A stretch of DNA of 64,000 nt from Candidatus Omnitrophota bacterium (lineage in GTDB: Bacteria > Omnitrophota > Gorgyraeia > Zapsychrales > Zapsychraceae). The stretch's first letter is position 1; the number at the start of each line of letters is the position of its first letter. The stretch lies in assembly GCA_018062515.1 (NCBI GenBank), contig JAGOSC010000006.1:342-64341 (forward strand), written 5' to 3'. Below, in pieces: positions 57,827 through 64,000 of this stretch. The notes below the pieces were generated by a model. That model searched no databases. It worked only from the letters and a program-made list of their open reading frames with translations, and had not been told where the DNA came from. The translations under genes and the position numbers were made by a program.

Positions 57827-59323
57827 ATGAAACAATATCTTGGGGTAGACATATCGGATGATTTCATCCGGTATGTCTGCCTAGATATAAAAAATACGGA
57901 TTACATTATCACCAAATCAGGCAAGTCAAAGATTGATTTTGACTTATTGACTGCGGATGCTTTATGTAATGCTATTAAAGATATAGTGAGCCGAGAGGGG
58001 CTAAGACCCTCACGGATATTTGTGTCTTTATCCCGTAAGGACACCGTTATCCATCAATTAATGCTTCCCAAACTTACCTCAAGAGAGTTTGATGAAGTCC
58101 TTAAGATGGAAATAGAGAAAATCCCCACTTTTCACAAACAATCCTTTGATTTTATATACAAAAAATACCAAATATCTGTTGATAAAGTTAAGGTTCTTTT
58201 GGCGGCTGTACGTTTAGATATTCTGACGAGTCTATTAAAAGAAGTTAATAACACAAAAATTCCTTTCCATCAGGTTGAAATTGCGCCGCTCAACTTTAGA
58301 GAATTACCCAACATTATCGATCCAACGAGTGAGAATGATGCCTTCCTTATTATGTCAGATCAGCAAACCTACTTAGGTATTTTCATGAAGGGGGAGTATA
58401 GGCTGATTTATAAATTGGCGTATGGTTTAAAACAGGTTCAAAATATTACCTCTCCGGAGCAAGTCAAAACAATCGTAACTGATTGGGGAACTCAAATTAA
58501 ACGAGTTTTAAAGTCTTTCCTCATGGACAATCGGAATGTGGTGATTAGAAAAATATGGTTGGTTTGGGACAATGAGATTATCCCGAATTTTGAGCAATAT
58601 ATCGGTAACTTTGATATTCCGGTTGAAGTATTGGATGCGCGTAAAATCAAGCAAATTCACACATCTGAAAATAATCCGCTTAATCCTATTTATATGTTAG
58701 CCTTAGCGCCTATTGTCTACGACGTTCATCAACTGAAACTTCAATTTCCTCTTCAACATTTCTTTGGACGTTTTCAAGTTAAGACTTATGCTCTTAAGTG
58801 CGCTGTTGTCACCGCCTCGATTTTAGGTATTATTGGATTTTTATTTGCGGTGAGTAATATCTGGATTAATGTTAGGAAAAATTATTTTGTTACTCAAAAT
58901 AATGCCGCAGAAAGCAAAATTACACAGTTGAAACAAGAAGCATCCACTCTTTATCAAGAATATGCTGCTTATCAAGAAGTCCGCGAACAATTTTTGGCTC
59001 AAGCGACGTTTGTTCAGGAAATCAATCGTATATCATGGGCCCAAGTCTTTTCCATCGTGGCAAATGAGCTTCCGCAGGATTTAGCTTTAACCTCATTTAA
59101 GTTTGTTGAGAGCGGAGGAGCTACTATTAATGGCGAGGCGCTTAACATGGAATCTATTTCTGAAATGCTACGTCGTATTGAAGAATCAGCCATTCTCGAT
59201 CAAGGTCGATTTGATTTCTTAAGAGAAAAGAAAGTTCAAGAACAAAAATTGTTTAATTTTGGCATACTAGCTGCGCTAAAGGCAGAGGAAGAGAAACCGG
59301 TCGATGACAAAACAAAAAATTAA
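57827..59323 (+). CDS. pilM: PilM-PilN fusion protein (actin-like ATPase domain + single-TM coiled-coil PilN)
   Basis: N-terminal ~300 aa PilM/FtsA-like, then TM CAVVTASILGIIGFLFAV and a coiled-coil PilN-like region. Confidence 0.65.
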   Translation: MKQYLGVDISDDFIRYVCLDIKNTDYIITKSGKSKIDFDLLTADALCNAIKDIVSREGLRPSRIFVSLSRKDTVIHQLMLPKLTSREFDEVLKMEIEKIPTFHKQSFDFIYKKYQISVDKVKVLLAAVRLDILTSLLKEVNNTKIPFHQVEIAPLNFRELPNIIDPTSENDAFLIMSDQQTYLGIFMKGEYRLIYKLAYGLKQVQNITSPEQVKTIVTDWGTQIKRVLKSFLMDNRNVVIRKIWLVWDNEIIPNFEQYIGNFDIPVEVLDARKIKQIHTSENNPLNPIYMLALAPIVYDVHQLKLQFPLQHFFGRFQVKTYALKCAVVTASILGIIGFLFAVSNIWINVRKNYFVTQNNAAESKITQLKQEASTLYQEYAAYQEVREQFLAQATFVQEINRISWAQVFSIVANELPQDLALTSFKFVESGGATINGEALNMESISEMLRRIEESAILDQGRFDFLREKKVQEQKLFNFGILAALKAEEEKPVDDKTKN

Positions 59324-59909
59324 ATATTTGTTCATCCTCGGTTCCGTGCTGTTTGTTGGCGTCATGATTTCCATTAGTGTACAAAATGTCCGCGACTATT
59401 TTCAGGCAAAAGTACAGTTTGATGAAAAACAAAAAGAATTGAAGGATGTTTTGGATGAGATTAACGTTATAAAAGCGAAAATTGCTTTATATCAGGAAGA
59501 AAAGAAAGAATTTGAGGCATACCTCTTTAAAGAACAAGATATTCCAGCCTTACTCGACGATATTTCTAAAATTGCCAAAGAATCTTTAGTTAATATTCTC
59601 GATATGAAAACGCAGGGATTTAGTATGGTCCAATCGGCGAGAAGGAGTCAAGGAAATAATACCCAGAATGTTTCTCAAAAAGAGCAACTTAAAGAAACGC
59701 TGACATTGGCAGCTATGCCAATCAATATGAGAATAGAAGGGGAATTTACCGCGTTATTAACTTTTTTTAATTCGATTGAAGATTTTAAACAGTTGGTTAC
59801 GGTAAGCCAGGTAGAAATCACATCAGACAATCAATATCCCATTCTTAAATGTTCATATATATTAAAAATTTACAGTTTGAAAACATTAGCCGAGATCGAA
59901 ACACGATGA
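59304..59909 (+). CDS. pilO: Type IV pilus inner-membrane component PilO-like
   Basis: N-terminal TM (LFILGSVLFVGVMI), coiled coil, C-terminal ferredoxin-like PilO region; overlaps both neighbours. Confidence 0.55.
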   Translation: MTKQKIKYLFILGSVLFVGVMISISVQNVRDYFQAKVQFDEKQKELKDVLDEINVIKAKIALYQEEKKEFEAYLFKEQDIPALLDDISKIAKESLVNILDMKTQGFSMVQSARRSQGNNTQNVSQKEQLKETLTLAAMPINMRIEGEFTALLTFFNSIEDFKQLVTVSQVEITSDNQYPILKCSYILKIYSLKTLAEIETR

Positions 59910-60331
59910 AACATTTAATTTATTTAATTATAATTTTGGTTTGTTTTTCAGGATGTTCATCGAAGAAAAAAGAGGTTGTCGTCAGTGAACCAGTTGTCGA
60001 AAAAGTAGAAGACTTACAATTAGCTAAGATTATTCTAAAACCTGAAAAGCCTGAAATTAGCGTCACGAGAGACCCTTTCAAACCGTTAATAGAACTTAAT
60101 AAAGGTCCGGCGGCGCTTGTTCTCAACATAGGTGAACAATTAGAACGGTATAAGTTTATGGGTGTTACGAAATCAGATGATGAATACGTCGCTTTCATAA
60201 AGGATGGAGCAAAGAGGGGAACATATCGAAAAAACGATATGTTAAATGAGTTTAAAATAGTTGACATAGGACCGCAAGAGGTATTATTATTAAACGGCGA
60301 AAAAACTTTCACATTAAAAAGAGGTAAATGA
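59906..60331 (+). CDS. pilP: PilP-like lipoprotein
   Basis: Lipobox MKHLIYLIIILVCFSGC; small beta-domain protein between pilO and the secretin. Start revised from 59849. Confidence 0.55.
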   Translation: MKHLIYLIIILVCFSGCSSKKKEVVVSEPVVEKVEDLQLAKIILKPEKPEISVTRDPFKPLIELNKGPAALVLNIGEQLERYKFMGVTKSDDEYVAFIKDGAKRGTYRKNDMLNEFKIVDIGPQEVLLLNGEKTFTLKRGK

Positions 60332-62382
60332 AAATGAGAATGAAACAATATGTTTTGTTGGGCGTGAGTACGTGTTTATTACTACATGTGACCGCATCGG
60401 TTACGATGGCTTATCAAACAGGAGAAAATGGAAAACTTCAAAGAGGCAGTGAAGAAATTGTAGACGATTATGTTTCTTCAAAGCTTGAGTCAGACATGAC
60501 TGCCTATTACGAAAATATTGAACTTTCCAGCGATGATTTGACAGAACAACAAAACGATCATATTTTCACTTCTATAGAAAATGAAAAAATAAAACCGCAA
60601 ACCGGTTGGTCAGCTGATGCTGGCGGATCCGATGAAAATGTTGAAGCCATTTCCAATGTTGAAAAGGCTGATAACAATGAAACGGTTCAGGAAGTTACCG
60701 CAGAAGAAAACAAAACCGCGAAATCTGAAAAGAAAGGTTTTTTTAGCAAGTTAGCTGGAGTGTTTAAGAGATCAGATAATAAAACTGAGATAGCTAAAGC
60801 TGAACCAGTCGTCGTTGAAGATGTCGATGGTAATAAAGGTTATTTTGTCCCGGCCGAAACTAATATGAAGGAAGAAGCTTATGTGCAAGTTGCGCAAGTT
60901 TCGGAGCCTGTAGAAGTCGAGGAAGAAGCTATAGAAGCTCTAGATGAAGACGTACAGGAAGAAGCAGCCGAAGAACAAACAAAAGGATCATCTTGGACTA
61001 AAGTTAAAGATAAATTGACTGGTAGTTCCTCAACCCCTCAAACTGAAGAAGAATATTGGGATGTGCCAGTTAAGGAACAAAGTCTCAGTGATATCAGTGC
61101 GAATTTAGATGTGGACGCTGCGTTTAAAGAAGCTCAATTAATTACATTACCGGAAGCTCCTGCTGTTAAAGTTGAAGCAGAACAACCTCAGTTCGAAGCC
61201 CTTCTTCCATCAACGGAAGAAATGGTCCGTAACGCTATTCCTCAAGAAAATAGAGACAAAAGAATTGATCTGGATTTTGATGACACCAGTCTTTCTGATG
61301 TCCTTTCTATTATAGCTGATGCTGGAAATATGAATATCGTGTTAGATCCTAGCTTGAAAGCCAATACGCTGGATCTTCACTTAAAACAAGTTAGATTAGA
61401 AGATGCGCTTTTATTAGTTTTTAGTTCGTATAATCTTGGCTTCAAGCAAGTCGGAGGTGCGATTTACGTTACTGATAAAGAAAAATTATTGGAAGAGCAT
61501 AAAGTATCACGCATTGTTAAAATTAAAAATATAGCCGTTCAAGATGCTAAGGATTTAGTTGATTCATTAACAGACAAAGTAAATTTGAGTGAAGAGTTAA
61601 ATAGTTTAGTCATCATGGGAAATCCTGACGATGTCGCTAAAGTACAGAAACTGATTCACGATATCGACAAACCGCAATTGCAGGTTTTATTAGAATCTAA
61701 GATCATCGAAATGAACAAAGATGCGTTAAAAGATCTGGGTGTAGATTGGTCCGATCAAGTAGTCATGGGATATCAGGAAAGTGGAAGACCGGTATCCTTT
61801 AGTGATCCGGAAGATTCTGATTCACCGCTATATCATTTTTCTCAAATCCAGCGAAATCCGCTTCAATTTGACACCACTATCAATATGTTAGAAACTCAAA
61901 ATAAGGCCAAAATTCTTTCCGCTCCGAGAGTCACAACACTTAATGGAAAAGAAGCAGAAATTTTCGTCGGGGATGAAGTTCCATACACAATTACAAATAT
62001 TTCCGGTGGTGTCGTAACGAATGATGTCCGCTTCGTTTCACCTGGTATTCGATTAAAAATCACGCCATCGATTATTGAAGATGGTTTCGTGGTCATGAAA
62101 GTTGAACCGGAAGTAAGTTTTATCGTTGCTTTTAGAGGGCCGAATAGTGAATTCCCTCAAGTTCGGACACGAGAAGCAACCGCCTACGTTCGGGTCAATG
62201 ATAAGCATCCGTTCGTCATTGGTGGTATACTTAACCAAGAAGATAAGCAAGTCTTAAACAGAGTTCCGTTTATTGGTAGAGTTCCATTGATTGGAAATCT
62301 TTTCAGCTATTCATTGGATACAGCCGTTGACACAGATTTGATTATTACTGTTATTCCTACGATTGTTCGCGGACAGGAATAA
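60328..62382 (+). CDS. pilQ: Type IV pilus secretin PilQ (GspD family) with long acidic N-terminal region
   Basis: Signal peptide; N0/N1-like ..TSLSDVLSIIADAGNMNIVLDP..; C-terminal secretin domain ..VPFIGRVPLIGNLFS..DLIITVIPTIV... Confidence 0.8.
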   Translation: MKMRMKQYVLLGVSTCLLLHVTASVTMAYQTGENGKLQRGSEEIVDDYVSSKLESDMTAYYENIELSSDDLTEQQNDHIFTSIENEKIKPQTGWSADAGGSDENVEAISNVEKADNNETVQEVTAEENKTAKSEKKGFFSKLAGVFKRSDNKTEIAKAEPVVVEDVDGNKGYFVPAETNMKEEAYVQVAQVSEPVEVEEEAIEALDEDVQEEAAEEQTKGSSWTKVKDKLTGSSSTPQTEEEYWDVPVKEQSLSDISANLDVDAAFKEAQLITLPEAPAVKVEAEQPQFEALLPSTEEMVRNAIPQENRDKRIDLDFDDTSLSDVLSIIADAGNMNIVLDPSLKANTLDLHLKQVRLEDALLLVFSSYNLGFKQVGGAIYVTDKEKLLEEHKVSRIVKIKNIAVQDAKDLVDSLTDKVNLSEELNSLVIMGNPDDVAKVQKLIHDIDKPQLQVLLESKIIEMNKDALKDLGVDWSDQVVMGYQESGRPVSFSDPEDSDSPLYHFSQIQRNPLQFDTTINMLETQNKAKILSAPRVTTLNGKEAEIFVGDEVPYTITNISGGVVTNDVRFVSPGIRLKITPSIIEDGFVVMKVEPEVSFIVAFRGPNSEFPQVRTREATAYVRVNDKHPFVIGGILNQEDKQVLNRVPFIGRVPLIGNLFSYSLDTAVDTDLIITVIPTIVRGQE

Positions 62383-62468
62383 TAAAATCTCCATCATCGC
62401 TTAAAAGATTCACTCCTACTTTGGGAGTGAATCTTTTAACTTGAATATACTTAAATAGGGAGTAAGCT

Positions 62469-64000
62469 ATGTCTATGAAGAGGCTGAATAAAAAAGGCTT
62501 TACACTTATTGAGGTGCTGATTGGAGCCATTGTTATTTCCATCGTCAGCGTCGCAGCCTGGACAGGATTTTCCAGTTTACAAATCGCTGAAGAACAAACT
62601 CGTAATCGAACAACCGCCACTAATTTACTGCAGCTAAGTCAAGAAGAAGTTCGGAACTTCGCCCAGAACACAGCTGATTTTGACCGATTAGAGACATGCC
62701 ATTTCCCCCCTGCAACTCCTGATTGTAATTTGTCCGATCCGACATCTACAACACCATTTTCCGGATTTACCCGTACCATGACAGCCGCTCAGGAAAACAG
62801 CAGCCCCGAATTAAAAAGAGTTCATACAGTGGTTCAGTGGACCGAGAGAGGTTCCGCACAACAAATGGAGTCCGTGATCCTGCTTTCCAGACCAGGAACT
62901 TCGATTCCCGGAAATTTAATTGGAATAGTCAGTTCTACTGCGGCACCAGGTACTCCGCTTAACCTAACAACGGTTAAACTAACCTCAACTACGTCTACGG
63001 CCACATACACCACTAATTCTTCAGGTTCACTTGGTTCAAAGAACGCTAATTATGATTTTATGGATCCCGTTACAGGGAAATATTTAGTACCGGCTGGGGC
63101 ATACACTTTGACGGCCAATCGTACGGGTTATCAACCGTATACGTATGGATCACCGATCAACATTCCTTCATCCGGGGAGATTCGTAAGGATTTCGAGTTA
63201 ACCCCCGTTCCTGCGGATGCGGTTATACACGGCACTATCACCGGAGGCTTGACTACCTTTAATTATGGGCAAATATGGCTATATGAAAACGGCGCACCTG
63301 CGGTGGGTGTCATCCCTAATCCTCCGGTGGTGTCTAATTCAACAAGTTATTCTTTTACAATTCCATTTAGTGCCCCGGGAACTACTAGAAGTTTTACAAT
63401 AGCAACTATAGGTTCATGGAAACAAGGATATGTTTATGATCTTCGGCTGGGGACTTCATGTTCGCTGGAGTATAGTGCGAACGGTTATTCGACAGCTTGG
63501 GTTTCTGCTGGCGGAGGGGTCAACTGCGATCCCGTTACGCATCCTTACCTTGGCAATAGTGGATCGGATCGGATTATGGTAGGCCCTGGAGTTAATAGAA
63601 CAGAGGACTTGCCGCTTGTTCCAATTCCTGAGGTTACTTTGACTGGAACGGTGAAAGACAATCTTGGAGATCCCATTATTGGTGCTACGGTATTGGTTAT
63701 GTGGCCAGCCAGTGGTGGAGTCGAACCGCCTAATTGGTATAGATATTGGCGATATAGAAAGAATGGTGCGTTTGCGTGCAATCCTTCGTTTGCGCCGTGT
63801 GATCCTGATAAATTTAATACCAAGACAGTTGCAGGTGGACGCTTTAGTATTAACGTTCCAGCCGTGCAGGGAGTGGCGCCAAACATCACCCCAGCCCAAA
63901 ATTATTTGCAAGTATCAATCGGCGCAAATCTTCCTTCAACACTTTGTTGCGGCCAAACCGTGCCTACACCAGTCGGTCAAAATTTTAATCTCCCATGGCC
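62469..64000 (+). CDS. Very large prepilin-like protein (class III signal peptide + at least two CarboxypepD_reg-like domains); continues past window end
   Basis: MSMKRLNKKG|FTLIEVLIGAIVISIVSVAAW. RBS GGGAG. Hand translation stays open to 64000 (>510 aa). Transthyretin-like motifs (..GKYLVPAGAYTLTANRTGYQPY.., ..LTGTVKDNLGDPIIGATVLV..AGGRFSINVP). Confidence 0.65.
   Translation, partial: MSMKRLNKKGFTLIEVLIGAIVISIVSVAAWTGFSSLQIAEEQTRNRTTATNLLQLSQEEVRNFAQNTADFDRLETCHFPPATPDCNLSDPTSTTPFSGFTRTMTAAQENSSPELKRVHTVVQWTERGSAQQMESVILLSRPGTSIPGNLIGIVSSTAAPGTPLNLTTVKLTSTTSTATYTTNSSGSLGSKNANYDFMDPVTGKYLVPAGAYTLTANRTGYQPYTYGSPINIPSSGEIRKDFELTPVPADAVIHGTITGGLTTFNYGQIWLYENGAPAVGVIPNPPVVSNSTSYSFTIPFSAPGTTRSFTIATIGSWKQGYVYDLRLGTSCSLEYSANGYSTAWVSAGGGVNCDPVTHPYLGNSGSDRIMVGPGVNRTEDLPLVPIPEVTLTGTVKDNLGDPIIGATVLVMWPASGGVEPPNWYRYWRYRKNGAFACNPSFAPCDPDKFNTKTVAGGRFSINVPAVQGVAPNITPAQNYLQVSIGANLPSTLCCGQTVPTPVGQNFNLPW

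Overview
This looks like a low-GC (~38-40%) window from a Gram-negative-type bacterial chromosome. Porins, PEP-CTERM proteins, a lipoprotein pathway and a type IV pilus gene set support that; I cannot place the lineage, which could be an uncultured environmental phylum. The window is gene-dense and encodes roughly 70 proteins. I saw no transposase, integrase, tRNA, rRNA or CRISPR array.

Content from 5' to 3':
- a partial minus-strand nuoJ-K-L-M respiratory block;
- a soluble KdpD-C-terminal-like kinase with a KdpE-like regulator;
- pntA(beta part)-pntB transhydrogenase without the dI subunit;
- a secreted basic protein and an N/Q/S-rich disordered protein;
- a CusRS-like two-component system followed by an orphan receiver and a signal-peptide Hsp20;
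- a YkgJ-family protein, a SulP-STAS transporter and a CorA-like protein;
- a PilT ATPase fused to a degenerate receiver domain;
- purU;
- an alpha-glucan module (GT4/5 synthase-like, DUF4912-like, GH57 branching enzyme, DUF2934 x2);
- a PLD/HKD lipoprotein;
- two tandem mini PEP-CTERM genes with duplicated promoters;
- a COG1533 radical-SAM protein;
- a complete Pho module (phoB/phoR, phoU-pstBACS and a porin);
- an envelope cluster (repeat protein, lipoprotein, RlpA-like);
- a candidate pterin module (HAD-IIB, Nudix, FolE2, MoaB/MogA) followed by dcd and sufE, then a Trm112-like gene, lgt, a DnaQ-like exonuclease and hemB.

The 3' end of the window holds the features I rank highest: a candidate c-di-GMP-I (GEMM) riboswitch with an intrinsic terminator upstream of a secreted 11-12-blade NHL-repeat protein; immediately downstream, a type IVa pilus cluster (pilB, pilC, pilin, pilM-N fusion, pilO, pilP, pilQ) and a very large prepilin-like protein that runs off the window.

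Other candidates are a near-consensus promoter driving a short untranslated transcript with two tandem terminators (possible sRNA or leader), a long inverted repeat upstream of the PLD lipoprotein, and a possible sigma-54 promoter upstream of the pilin gene. Nothing here was checked against a database; all homology calls are from reading the sequence.
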